A DNA stretch of 64,000 nt from Eledone cirrhosa (GCA_964016885.1 OZ024749.1:8246001-8310000), one strand, 5' to 3'; positions 40,549 through 53,862 are shown, numbered from the stretch's first letter. Notes: a model not told the origin generated them from the letters alone. Numbers and translations: made by a program.

Positions 40549-43500
40549 ACCTATTTATTTATAACCTTACCTTCTCGCTAACTACCCAACATCCCTCCAT
40601 CCCGCCCCCACGCACCACCATTATTACGTGGACCAACCATAAGTCAGAAGCCTATACTATCGCTTACCTGGTTGCCTTTCGATATGATGGATGGATGGAC
40701 TACGGAATTCTGGAGAGTTGAAGAGAAAAATCTGGACGCTCAGCGACAATGCCAAAGATAAAGACAAATTCACCTCGTGGACGAGAATGCAAGCACCCCC
40801 CCTTGTTTCGGCCGCAGATGGCTAACATAACCCCAATAACCCCAACTCCGCTATCCCCCCCCCCCCGCTCCCACCCTCCAAACGCAATCCAAAACTTCAG
40901 AGTTGGTACCATGAATGTAGGCACCTTAAAGGTTCGCTCTAACGAGGTTGTAGAAATGCTTGAACGTAAGGAGGTCGATGTTTGTTGTATTCAAGAGACC
41001 AGGTGGAGGGGAGGGTCTGCTAGATTCATCGTGGGTAAAGAACGATGCTATAAGCTTTTCTGGGTGGGAAATGACAATGGGCTGGGTGGAGTAGGAATCA
41101 TGGTAGCAGAAAAGTGGGCAGATAAGATAATAGACGTAAATAGAGTGAACGACAGAATAATGAAAATAAGACTTGTCCTCAATAGAACTACGGTGACAGT
41201 AATATCTGCGTACGCACCCTAATCCGGACTGCCCGGCACTATAAAAGACAGATTCTATGAGACACTGATGCTCGCTACTCCCAAATAACCGACAGTGACT
41301 ATATAATTATTGCAGGCGACCTAAACGGTCACGTTGGACAACATTGTGACGGCTATGACGGAATCCATGGAGGCTATGGGTTCGGTATTAGAAATGAGGA
41401 AGGCTCCAGAATTCTGTGACGCAAATAACCTAACTATCTGTAACACTAACTTCAAAAAACGAGACAATCACTTGATCACCTATAGATCGGGGGAACACAC
41501 AAGCCAGGTAGATTATATCCTTACCAGAAGACGTGACAGAGTGTCTGTTGTTAACACTAAATCCCTCCCCCATGAAGAATGTACCTCCCAACATAGACTG
41601 ATAATTAGCGACCTAATAGTCAGGACGAGACGTACTAGACAGCAGAAGAGGACTATCCTCAGGAGAAAAATTTGGAAGCTAAAGGACCCCACAGCCAGAA
41701 ATAAATTTCAAAGCATATTACTTGATGCTTTTGACAGTAAGGAAGAGCAATTAGAGTCATATAATATAGAGGAACAGTGGGAATTCCTGAAAGCAAACCT
41801 GCTGACGGCGGCAGACGAAGTCTGTGGCTGGAGCAGGCCTGTAGGTAGGAGGAGAGTAACATGGTGGTGGAACAGTAAGGTGGAGGAGTCACTTAAGGCC
41901 AAAAAGCAGGCTTGGAAAGTATGGCGGGATGGGGGAAGTAGAGAAGACTATCAAGTGGCCAGGAGGGAAGCTAGGAGACAAGTGTACTTCGCAAGAAGGG
42001 AAGCAGAGGAAAGAAAGTTCAAGCATGTTCTACAACGCGAGGACTAAAAACGTGAGGTGTTCAGGATTGCTAGGCAATGAGTCAAGGAAAACCGTGATAT
42101 TGTCAGTGAGAAGTGTGTACTTAATGATGAAGGCGTACTTGCCATCACTGACGCTGATAAGAAGGTAGCTTGGAAGAGTCACTACGAAAGGCTTCTAAAT
42201 GAGGAGAATAAATGGGAGAAAGACAGTCTCCCCCACATCGACCCAATAGAGGGACCAGCCGTGTTAGTCGAAGGTAGTATAATAAGTAAGGCAATCAAAG
42301 ATATGAAGGCGGGTAAGGCGGCTGGGCCTTCGGAAATAGTTGCTGAGATGCTGAAGGCATCTGGCACGGTGGGACACACCATGGTCTCCCGGATAGTAAA
42401 CCAAGTCATACAGAATGGGGTTGTTCCGAAGGACTGGCATAGCAGCATCATCATTAACTGTTACAAGGGTAAAGGAGATGCCCTAGATAGGTGTAACTAT
42501 AGAGGCATTAAATTAATCGACCAGGTCATGAAGGTCACGGAAAAAGTAATAGCGCAACTAATCAGAGAGAGAATTGATCTAGATGAAATGCAGTTCGGGT
42601 TTATGTCAGGCAAAAGTACCACAGACGCTCTTTTCATTGTACGACAACTACAGGAGAAGTACCTAGCTAAAAGTAAACCCCTATACTTAGCTTTTGTTGA
42701 CTTGGAGAAAGCCTTCGACAGAGTCCCCCGTTCCATTATCTGGTGGGCTCTTAGAAAACTAGGTGTTGACGAATGGCTTGTCAGAGCTATACAAGCCATG
42801 TATAAAGAAACAGTCAGCAAGGTTAGAATTAACAACGAATATAGTGAAGAGTTTAGCGTAAAAGTTGGTGTCCATCAGGGCTCTGTTCTTAGCCCCCTCC
42901 TATTTATTATTGCCCTTCAGGCTATAACAGAGGAGTTCAAGACCGGCTGCCCATGGGAACTCCTATACGCAGATGATCTAGCGCTCATGGCTGAATCAAT
43001 GGCCGAGCTAGAGAAAAAATTCCAAACATGGAAGCACGGCCTAGAATCAAAAGGCCTTAAAATTAACCTGGCTAAGAGTAAACTTCTAGTTTGTAGGAAA
43101 GAAAATAAGGCGCCGGTCCCTTCCGGGAAATGGCCATACTCAGTGTGTAGGAAAGGCGTAGGGAGAAACTCCATTTTATGTCCCAAATGCAAAGTATGGG
43201 TGCATAAAAGATGTAGTGGGATCACAGGTAAGCTAACTAAGAACATAGATTTTACATGTGGCCGGTGCTCTGGTGCAATAAGTAGCAGCAAGTGCCCACA
43301 AATACTAGCTCTTTCAATTGCGCAGAGGGTTCTATAGAAATAGTGGACAGCTTCCGTTACCTGGGCGACAAAATCAGCAGTGGGGGAGGGTGCTCTGAAA
43401 GTACAGTAGCTAGAATCAGAACTGGTTGGAAAAAGTTCAGAGAGCTTATACCACTATTAGCCGCTAAAGGGTTCTCCCTAAGAATGAAAGGCAGGTTCTA

Positions 43501-44288
43501 TGATGCCTGCATACGAACAGCAATGTTGCATGGCAGTGAGACCTGGGCATTGTGTGCAGAGGATATACGCAGACTAGAGAGGAACGAAGCTTGCATGCTC
43601 CGCTGGATGTGTAATAGTAACATACGTGAACGGCAAAGTATAAGTGAACTAAGGAAAAAATTAGAAATAAGAGGGATCAGATGTTGTTTACTCGAGAGAA
43701 GGCTACGTTGGTATGGTCATGTGATGCGCATGAAAGACGACAGCTGTATATCAAAGTGCAGGGCAATAAAGATAGACGGTAGCTACGGAGTAGCCAGACC
43801 CAGAAAAACCTGGGACGAGCTGATAAATTCTGACCTCACACACTTACACCTCTCCAAGACAATGTCACTGGACCGAGACCTTTGGCGGTTCTCAGTAATA
43901 GAGAAGACCCGCCTTACCTAAATACAAAGTAAAACCTACTACAGCCAGTAGGCATCTCTAACAAAATACACCCCACCCCCCATCCACATCGCCCTTTCAA
44001 TGTAAAGTTATGTTAGTGCCACAACATCCAGGCCGAAACAAATGAGATCGTGTAGACACAGTCCACGCTGTAATGTGGCCGTGTAGGCAACACGGTAAAA
44101 ACCTCCCAGCCCCACACTGTAAATGTGGTTGGTGTTAGGAAGGGCATCCAGCTGTAGAAAACCCGCCAGATAGTCCTATGCGAGCAAGACAATCACTCTT
44201 GCCTCAAGTGGGAAAACCCCCGTCTAAACCCATGCAAGCGTGGAACACGGACGTTAAACGTTGATGATGATAATGATGATGATGATGA
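40549..44288 (+). mobile_element. RTE-clade LINE (RTE-B), near full length, decayed
   Basis: APE endonuclease motifs (VGTMNVGTL, CCIQETRW, AYAP, GDLNGH, QVDYIL) and RT with YADD at 42966. A 340-bp 3'UTR and (TGA)n tail follow. Confidence 0.93.
40749..43921 (+). pseudogene. RTE-B EN-RT ORF with stops and frameshifts
   Basis: ORF pieces at 40749-41222, 41334-42047, 42261-43337 and 43292-43921. Stops at 41220, 42045 and about 42078; frameshifts near 41280, 41400 and 43290. Confidence 0.9.
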
Positions 44289-44298
44289 TACATATATT

Positions 44299-44374
<76 letters not shown>

Positions 44375-44389
44375 GATATATATATATAT

Positions 44390-44426
<37 letters not shown>

Positions 44427-44549
44427 GAAGTTATATTTAATTTGTTTGGATTCAACAAGCTTTATAACTGATATAAAGCACTTAACAGTTTACTGGAGTA
44501 AATATTGAATTTATGAATAAATGGAAACTATATTTATAAAACCATAATT

Positions 44550-44612
44550 ATTTTATTATATATATTTGAAGGGCAACCAAGGCAATTTTGGTGCGCTTTC
44601 ATCAGATAAAAT
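44550..44612 (-). ncRNA. Hammerhead copy with a GAAA>CAAA core mutation (probably inactive)
   Basis: Same as 44672-44732 except at G12. Confidence 0.6.
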
Positions 44613-44671
44613 ACAAAATATGTTTTATAAATGTTGACATACACTATCCAGCGAACCTTCAACCATCAGGG

Positions 44672-44732
44672 TTTTATCTGATGAAAGCGCACCAAAATTG
44701 CCTTGGTTGCCCTTGAAATATATATAATAAAA
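44672..44732 (+). ncRNA. Type I minimal hammerhead ribozyme
   Basis: UUUUAU-CUGAUGA-AAGCGCACCAA-AAUUGCC-UUGGUUGCCCUU-GAAAU-AUAU-AUA-AUAAAA. Confidence 0.75.
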
Positions 44733-44772
44733 TAATTATGGTTTTATAAATATAGTTTCCATTTATTAATAA

Positions 44773-44823
<51 letters not shown>

Positions 44824-44914
44824 GCAATCCAATTCAAGCCCGTCATGTTACTTCTTCAAATCAAGACATATGCAACTAGGACTGCCTTGTAAATGTAACC
44901 ATTTACTCAATGTT

Positions 44915-44986
44915 GCGTCTGATGAGATCATGACAATGGTTAAATGATCAAGTGACCAAGATCGTCATTGAAATATGTATCACAGC
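44915..44986 (+). ncRNA. Hammerhead-like motif of another family (imperfect stems)
   Basis: GCGU-CUGAUGA-GAUCAUGAC...UGGUUA...UGACCA...GUCAUU-GAAAU-AUGU-AUC-ACAGC, followed by AATAAA. Confidence 0.55.
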
Positions 44987-45044
44987 TTCATTAATAAAGG
45001 ATTCTTTAACACATTCAATTTCGCATTTTCCTCATTCTATATAT

Positions 45045-45112
<68 letters not shown>

Positions 45113-45272
45113 ATATATATATAAGCAAAGAGATATTTAATTTGTTGGTAATTCAACAAATATATATATATAACAGATTCGAAGCACTCGACAAATTTGC
45201 ACTATCCAAACAGAACCTGAATCGTTAAGGTCCGATTCCTCGGTATGTCAGTATTTCTAAAACAAATTTTGT

Positions 45273-45331
45273 ATTTTATCTGATGAGGGCGTACCAAAGT
45301 TTTGGTACTCTTGAAATATATATAATAGAAT
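45273..45331 (+). ncRNA. Type I minimal hammerhead ribozyme
   Basis: AUUUUAU-CUGAUGA-GGGCGUACCAAA-GU-UUUGGUACUCUU-GAAAU-AUAU-AUA-AUAGAAU. Confidence 0.78.
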
Positions 45332-45527
45332 AAATATGGTTTTATAAATATAGTTTCCATTTATTTAATATCATTGATATATATATATGTATCTGAGCTC
45401 TGAAAAAAACTCTTGAAAATTTGCATTGTGCCTTTTGTCATACCGGTAACCAGCTCGTACTTAGTACTACCCTGCATATTTATAGTTGTATCAAACATAT
45501 ATAAATATAAATATTCTTACTACTACT

Positions 45528-45720
45528 ATCATCATCATCATTTTACGTCCGCTTTTCCCTGCTTGCAAGGGTGGGACGGGAACTGATTCTGGCTTGATTT
45601 CTACAGCTAGATGCCCTTCCTAACACCAACCTCATTTACAGTGAGTGCTGGGTGCTTTTTTGCCGTGGCACCTACACGACCACTTTGCAGTGGAATGATA
45701 GGGACCCCAGTCCCTATCAT
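45528..45720 (-). mobile_element. Non-autonomous element with an RTE-A 3' terminus and an RTE-B-UTR-like body
   Basis: 45531-45580 is identical to 37001-37050. 45598-45680 resembles the reverse complement of 44078-44161. Confidence 0.7.
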
Positions 45721-45838
45721 CTCATTTCTACAGCTGAGTAAACTTGAGCAATGTGAAATAAAGTGTCTTGCTCAAGGAAACAACACATCACCCGGTCTGA
45801 GAATTGAACGGGTGATGTGTTGTTTCCTTGAGCAAGAC
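45721..45838 (-). mobile_element. tRNA-derived SINE core fragment with a 30-bp inverted duplication
   Basis: SINE-core-like GTGTTGTTTCCTTGAGCAAGACACTTTATTTCAC; arms at 45765-45794 and 45809-45838. Confidence 0.55.
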
Positions 45839-45982
45839 CCTTATATATATATATATTGTATATATTATATATATATATATATTGTATATATTGTTCTGTC
45901 GTCAAAAGCCATTAACTTGCAGACCCCTGCAAGTGGAATTTGTCGGTCTCGGATTTACTGAAACCTAGCGAAGATGTTGCAT

Positions 45983-46190
45983 GTTATATGTGATATATAT
46001 TGTATGCTATACGTTATGTGATATATATTGTATACTATACGTTATGTGATATATATTGTATGCTATACGTTATGTGATATATATTTTATGCTATACATTA
46101 TGTGATATATATTGTATGCTATACGTTATGTGATATATATTGTATGCTATACGTTATGTGATATATATTGTATGCTATACGTTATGTGAT
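45983..46190. repeat. 28-bp minisatellite (GTTATGTGATATATATTGTATGCTATAC), about 7 copies
   Basis: Direct reading. Confidence 0.9.
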
Positions 46191-46428
46191 GCATTTCACG
46201 TCTACGTTTCGGTCCAGGTCAGTCAAAAATTTTTCCTGAGTTCAGTTTTTTTCGTCGCTATGGCAATGCGGCCCGACTATCGGTCGCTGCATTTGATTTG
46301 CAAAGCTGTCTAAACGTAATGTTATAACTCTGTGGTAATATTCACCATTGAGTGCTTAGCTGCACACCAAATCTGCATTCGTTAGCTTGGCTGCTGCCAA
46401 AAGCTTCGTTGGTGCTGCACTAAAATTA

Positions 46429-46472
<44 letters not shown>

Positions 46473-46476
<4 letters not shown>

Positions 46477-46922
46477 TCATCATCATCATCATCATCAACG
46501 TTTAACGTCCGTGTTCCACGCTTGCATGGGTTTGGACGGGGGTATTCCCACTTGAGGCAAGAGTGGTTGTCTTGCTCGCATGGGACTGTCTGGCGGGTTT
46601 TCTACAGCTGGATGCCCTTCCTAACACCAACCACATTTACAGTGTGGGGCTGGGAGGTTTTTACCGTGTTGCCTACACGGCCACATTACAGCGTGGACTG
46701 TGTGTTTTTTTGTCGTGACACCTACATGACCTCATTTGTTTCGGCCTGGATGGTGTGGCACCAACACAACTTTACATAGGAGGGGGTGGTGTGGATGGGG
46801 TGGGGGTGGTGGGACGGGGGTGTATTTTGTTAGAGATGCCTACTGGCTGTAGTAGGTTTTACTATGTATTTAGGTAAGGCGGGTCTTCTCTATTACTGAG
46901 TACCGCCAAAGGTCTCGGTCCA
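46473..46922 (-). mobile_element. 3' fragment of the RTE-B family
   Basis: Reverse complement of about 43869-44288, including the tail. Confidence 0.9.
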
Positions 46923-47287
46923 TGTATATATATGTATATATATATAAAGAATTTAATTATATATCGACAAATCCACTTAAGACATATATATCACGATGTA
47001 GATAAACTTCATGTAGTATGATTATCCGCCATGATGCAAGTTCACCTTATCCAACCTGGTGAGTCATGTTGTAAGGTCCGGATCATTGAAATCAATGTAT
47101 TACAGCATATATATTTTTATCTACACTAATCGAAACATTTGTCGAAGAATAAATGGCGTTGCTTTGATGGATGTCTTTGGTTAAGTTTATTTAATTTTAT
47201 ATATAAATATCTACATATATATATATATATAAAGGTTTACATATATATAAAGTCGTAGATATATAGTGATTCTAAAGACATGTTTTA

Positions 47288-48470
<1,183 letters not shown>

Positions 48471-48735
48471 ACGTGTGTGTCTATTTAAGTGTGTAGTATT
48501 TGTGCATAAGAATTAGAATACATTCTTCATGAATTATGTTCTCCTTGGAAAGATCTGGAAAGAATGGGATGTATTTCTGTTCATGTCATATCCTGGACGT
48601 CAGTCACTTATTGGAACCAACCAAGTAGAAACCTCACAGAATTCATAAATATGAAGAGAAAAAATATGAAGACATAAGCTTACACACTGAAACACTTCGC
48701 TTCTACCACACAGACTGGCAGGCACTGGAGTAGAT

Positions 48736-48807
<72 letters not shown>

Positions 48808-48851
48808 ACACTTCTCTTCTACCACACAGACTGGCAGGCACTGGAGTAGAT

Positions 48852-48928
<77 letters not shown>

Positions 48929-49084
48929 ACGAAGGAAATGTGGTAAGGAACCAGGTGGACCATAACGCACCAAAGTACTCAATACTTAGGGTAGTAGAGT
49001 GGGTAATAGAAACAAGTAAGACCCCGACGGCTGAGCTCAAGCCGTTTCGACGGCTTGAGCTCAGCCGTCGGGGTCTTACTTGTT

Positions 49085-49087
<3 letters not shown>
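48929..49087 (-). mobile_element. Foldback mini-element copy D
   Basis: Same tail and arms; stem III is perfect here (ACGGCT/AGCCGT). Confidence 0.75.
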
Positions 49088-49127
<40 letters not shown>

Positions 49128-49161
49128 TTTGCTTCTACCACACAGACTGGCAGTCACATGA

Positions 49162-49202
<41 letters not shown>

Positions 49203-49729
49203 CATACATACAGATAAGTATATATATATACATATAGGCATGCATATACATAAGTAAATATATATATATATGTATGTGTGTGCGTATGTGTGTGTGTGTG
49301 TGTGTGTGTGTGTATACAGTGAGAGCGAGAGAGAGAGAGAGAATGAGATTTGTATTATGTATATGCACATTTACATACGTTCACACTCATATGTCTATAT
49401 ATGCAAGTGTGTGTGTGCGTGTGCGTGTCTGTGTGTGGAAAATTTTTTTTTTTCATTTATACATATATTTATATACATATATATATGTGTGTGTGTGTCT
49501 GTGTGTGTGTGTGTGTGTATCTTGATGTATGTGTCTATATTTCTATGTGTGTATATAGTAGGAAGTGAAGAAGCAAGCTAGAGATCTAAAGTTAATTTGA
49601 AAGAGATTGAAAGAGAATGGCAACTGTGGTTCATGGATCAGTTGACGTCAGTTTGTTATGAGACATAAGTAACAATATCTATCCACAGCACCTCTTGTAT
49701 TATAATGAATGGAAGGACACAATAGAGTA

Positions 49730-50870
49730 ACATTACCGTTTAGGTAGGTATGAAGTGTTAGTTCTAGCTAAGAGTTATCACTTAGGTCGACCGGGCTGTT
49801 AGGGGCTATGAAGGGCTGAGAGACTTGCCTTGTGGTAGTTGTTCCTCTATTTGACATTACTGTTTAGAAAGATGTGAAGTGTTCGTTCTAACTAGGATCC
49901 ATGTCCTAGGTGGACCCGGCCCATTGAGAGTGTTAGGGGCTATGAAGGGCCGAGAGACTTGCCTTGTGGTAGTTGTTCCTCTATTTGACATTACTGTTTA
50001 GAAAGATGTGAAGTGTTCGTTCTAACTAGGATCCATGTCCTAGGTGGACCCGGCCCATTGAGAGTGTTAGGGGCTATGAAGGGCCGAGAGACTTGCTTTA
50101 TTGTAGTTCTTCCTCTGATTGACATTACTGTTAAGAAAGATGTGAAGTGTTCGTTCTAACTAGGAGCCATGGCCTAGGTGGACCCGGCTCACCGAGGGTG
50201 TTAGCAGGGATCAAATGCCGAACACTTGCTTTGTAGTAATTCTTCCTCCAATTAACATTGCCGTTTAGGTAGGTGTGAAGAGTTAGTTCTAACTGGGAGC
50301 CATGTACTAAGTTGGTCCAGCTCCGTTAGTGTATTAGCAGGAATCAAGTGCCAAAGCTTTCTTGGCGGGAGTCCTTCATCTGATTAACATTGCTGTTTAG
50401 AAGAAAGGAATCACAAACGGAACTATGTTAAGATACATAAAGTCGTGGACATTGACTGCTGTTTAGATGAGAAGTGTTACTTCTAATTGACGTCAGGGTG
50501 GCCAAGTGGTGTCATCCGCAGGAATGGGAAACAAGATCACCCGCTGGAGGAGAAGAAAAAAGGAGGAGTACACATGGATCACTCGATCTATGTGGATCCG
50601 GATCCTTGAGAGTTTTAGGAGGAACCAAGGGTCGAAATACTTGATGGGAGTCCTTTTTCTGATTAACATTGATGTAAAAATAGAGGTGAAGTGTTAGTTA
50701 TACTGATAGTATTTGAGTCTGTGTGGAATGAATCGGAAACGAAAGGCCGTTACAGGAGAAAAAAAGCAGTTGGACACATAGGAATCATGAGCAAGGTGGG
50801 CTCAGCTCCCTTTGAGTGTTAGGAGGAATGAAGGGCTGAAACACTTCCTTGGTGGGAGGTTTTACTTTTA
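49730..50870. repeat. 134-bp tandem repeat: about 3 near-identical copies plus several diverged ones
   Basis: AGGGGCTATG at 49801, 49935 and 50069; TTRACATTRC and GTGAAGTGTT landmarks continue to about 50700 and beyond. Confidence 0.8.
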
Positions 50871-50879
50871 AAGTCCTTC

Positions 50880-51320
50880 TGTTGTCAGCTGGAGATGGTC
50901 TTGGGGACACAGTCCTGAAACACTCCTTCTAGTGGGTCCTGTAAGAAGCAACCCTCTCCAAGCCTGACCAGCCATGCTCATGGATGTTATCCAACCATCT
51001 TGCTCTGGGTCTACCCCTGTCTCTCTTGCCGGTTAGTTTTACCCGTACAACTTGTCCAGAGATTCTTTCCTGAGACATTCTAACCACATGCCCATAGTAT
51101 CGGAGCTGTGATCTCTCAATTCAGAGATTCTTTCCTGAGACATTCTAACCACATGCCCATAGTATCGGAGCTGTGATCTCTCAATTCGGAGAAGTAGCAG
51201 TTCTACCTGGAGTGATTCTCTGATATCCGAGCTACACACTCTATCGAGTAACGTTACTCCAAAGACCCTTCAGAGGAATCGCATTCCAGCATCTTGAATT
51301 CGCGATCGTATTCCTTCATG
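50880..51320 (-). mobile_element. Decayed RTE RT C-terminal fragment (third family) with a 65-bp tandem duplication
   Basis: Translates LLLRIERSQLRYYGHVVRM...GRPRARWLDNI; the duplicate copies start at 51057 and 51122. Confidence 0.75.
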
Positions 51321-51694
51321 ACTTATCTAAAACATAAATACAACAACGGATTGCCGCGGTTTAAAGAGGTTTTATTTTATGTCAAGTAATCAAGAGCTGA
51401 CCTGTGGCTAAACAATATTAATGTCAGCAAAATAAAAACTGCGTAAGTGTTTGTGTTAATATATGTGAGAGAGTGAGTGTGTTAGTGTGTAGGTGTGTGT
51501 ATTTGAATGTACGTGTGTGTGCGAATGTATGTGTGTAAGATAGAGAGTGTGTGTGTATAGAAGGGTGCGTTTAAACGAGAGAGTATGTGTGTGTGTGTGT
51601 GTGTGTATAGGTGTGTGAAAGAGAGTAAGTGTGTGTGTATAGTTGTGTAAGAGGGAGTGAGAGTATGTGTGTGTATGTGTATGTTTGGGCGTTA

Positions 51695-51790
51695 ATGTGT
51701 GGCACCTTGGGCAAGTGTCTTTACCATAGACTCGCGTCGACTCAACTTTTGAGTCATATTGTGTAGTCGGAAACTATATGGAAGTCCGTC
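51695..51790 (+). mobile_element. SINE core fragment
   Basis: TGTGTGGCACCTTGGGCAAGTGTCTT...GGAAACT...GAAG.CCGTC resembles cephalopod SINE bodies (from memory). Confidence 0.45.
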
Positions 51791-52353
51791 AGATAGATAG
51801 TGCTTGTAATTTAATCTTCCAACCTCGTCACACACTGGCTGAGATGGTTTGCAAGGTTGGTTAAGTTTCCACATGGCTGTGGATTACTCAACCGCGTCCA
51901 CGGTGGCTGAGGACTTATCGTTGCTGTTACAGGGTTGAAAAGTTCATAAGCTGACTATGAAGGAAGGATTCTAGAGCTGTGAAATCTTGCATGCATTAAT
52001 TTCAACTCTTTTTATCAATAATTATAAAGTTTATTTCCAGGGACTATGTTGAAAAATTAACCTCATTTGATCATTCCATGATATCTTCGTGAGCCTATGA
52101 ACATTTCAGTCCACCGTCGTATATATACTTTATATAATATAAAGGAAACATAGAAGTATCACTGATGTCACAGATATGTGTGACGAAAGAACTCTGGGAA
52201 ACTATATTTATATCTATATTTTTTAAGTGTTGGTCAATCAAGGATAAACATTGATTGCCAGCTGAATTATTTACAGAAACATAAAAAGTATTCTGAAACG
52301 AAAACCAAATGAAACTGAAAATATAACAATGTTTTGTTGTACTTTCCTTAAAG

Positions 52354-53479
52354 TATTGTATATAATATATAACATTGTATATAATATATAACATTGTATA
52401 TAATATATAACATTGTATATAATATATAACATTGTATATAATATATAACATTCTATATAATATATAACATTGTATATAGTATATAACATTGTATATAATA
52501 TATAACATTGTATATAATATATAACATTGTATATAATATAGAACATTGTATATAATATATAACATTGTATATAATATATAACATTGTATATAGTATATAA
52601 CATTGTATATAATATATAACATTGTATATAATATATAACATTGTATATAATATATAACATTGTATATAATATATAACATTGTATATAATATATAACATTG
52701 TATATAACATAGAACATTGTATATAATATATAACATTGTATATAATATATAACATTGTATATAATATAGAACATTGTATATAATATATAACATTGTATAT
52801 AATATAGAACATTGTATATAATATAGAACATTGTATATAATATATAACATTGTATATAATATATAACATTCTATATACTATATAACATTGTATATAATAT
52901 ATAACATTGTATATAATATATAACATTGTATATAATATATAACATTGTATATAATATATAACATTGTATATAATATATAACATTGTATATAATATAGAAC
53001 ATTGTATATAATATATAACATTGTATATAATATATAACATTGTATATAATATATAACATTGTATATAATATATAACATTGTATATAATATAGAACATTGT
53101 ATATAATATATAACATTGTATATAATATATAACATTGTATATAATATATAACATTGTATATAATATAGAACATTGTATATAATATATAACATTGTATATA
53201 ATATATAACATTGTATATAATATAGAACATTGTATATAATATAGAACATTGTATATAATATAGAACATTGTATATAATATATAACATTGTATATAATATA
53301 GAACATTGTATATAATATATAACATTGTATATAATATATAACATTGTATATAATATATAACATTGTATATAATATATAACATTGTATATAATATATAACA
53401 TTGTATATAATATAGAACATTGTATATAATATAGAACATTGTATATAATATAGAACATTGTATATAATATATAACATTG
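52354..53479. repeat. 19-bp AT-rich minisatellite (CATTGTATATAATATAKAA), about 59 copies
   Basis: Direct reading. Confidence 0.95.
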
Positions 53480-53591
53480 AAAGAGATACAAGGCTAAACA
53501 ATGCAACATGGACTGTAAGATGAGGTATCGAAACAGTAAGTTACCTGGTAATGTTTCTTTTGTTTCTTATTGTTGCTGTTCTTTCTTCTGT

Positions 53592-53625
53592 CCAATATTT
53601 CGGGACCTAAATCCCTTCTTCAGGG
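53592..53625 (-). ncRNA. Truncated hammerhead-like PLE motif
   Basis: CC-CUGAAGA-AGGGA-UUUAGG-UCCC-GAAAUAUU-GG; stem III is reduced to the palindrome AAUAUU. Confidence 0.45.
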
Positions 53626-53749
53626 TTTAACGAACTTTTAGAGGATAATGTTCCGATTCCCTCTCTTTGGGATTAAATGTTGATTTAAGTCGTTTTCAAG
53701 CAATATTTGTCAACTGCGAAAAAGATTAAAGATAAGATAAGTTACTCAT

Positions 53750-53862
53750 TTGATTTCCATAGGATTCGAACTCAGATTGCTGTGAACCGGAAACAATCCA
53801 GCAAAGCATTTAAACAGACAAAGACAGAGAAACTCTAACGATTCTACTAATTCACCACCTTA
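53750..53862 (-). mobile_element. Degenerate tRNA-derived SINE head
   Basis: A-box-like GGTGGTGAATTAGTAGAATCGTTAG and B-box-like GAGTTCGAATCC. Confidence 0.45.

Larger units (their letters stand above)
44508..44774. mobile_element. Small inverted-repeat PLE-derived fragment, about 100-bp arms each spanning a hammerhead
   Basis: 44508-44611 is the reverse complement of 44672-44774; homologous to 45244-45368. Confidence 0.7.

Noticed and set aside
38716-43291. Minus-strand ORFs over the RTE elements
   Set aside because: They are antisense shadows of the RT frames.
47139-47153. CGAAACATTTGTCGAAGAATAAA (about 47131-47153), and CTGAAGAAGG...TTCCGTAAAC at about 29751-29800, as hammerheads
   Set aside because: Only half the core is present or the core is disrupted; too weak to call.
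51928-52090. Possible Tc1/mariner terminal fragment (TACAGGGTTGAAAAGTTCATAAGCTGAC)
   Set aside because: No matching second terminus or transposase was found.
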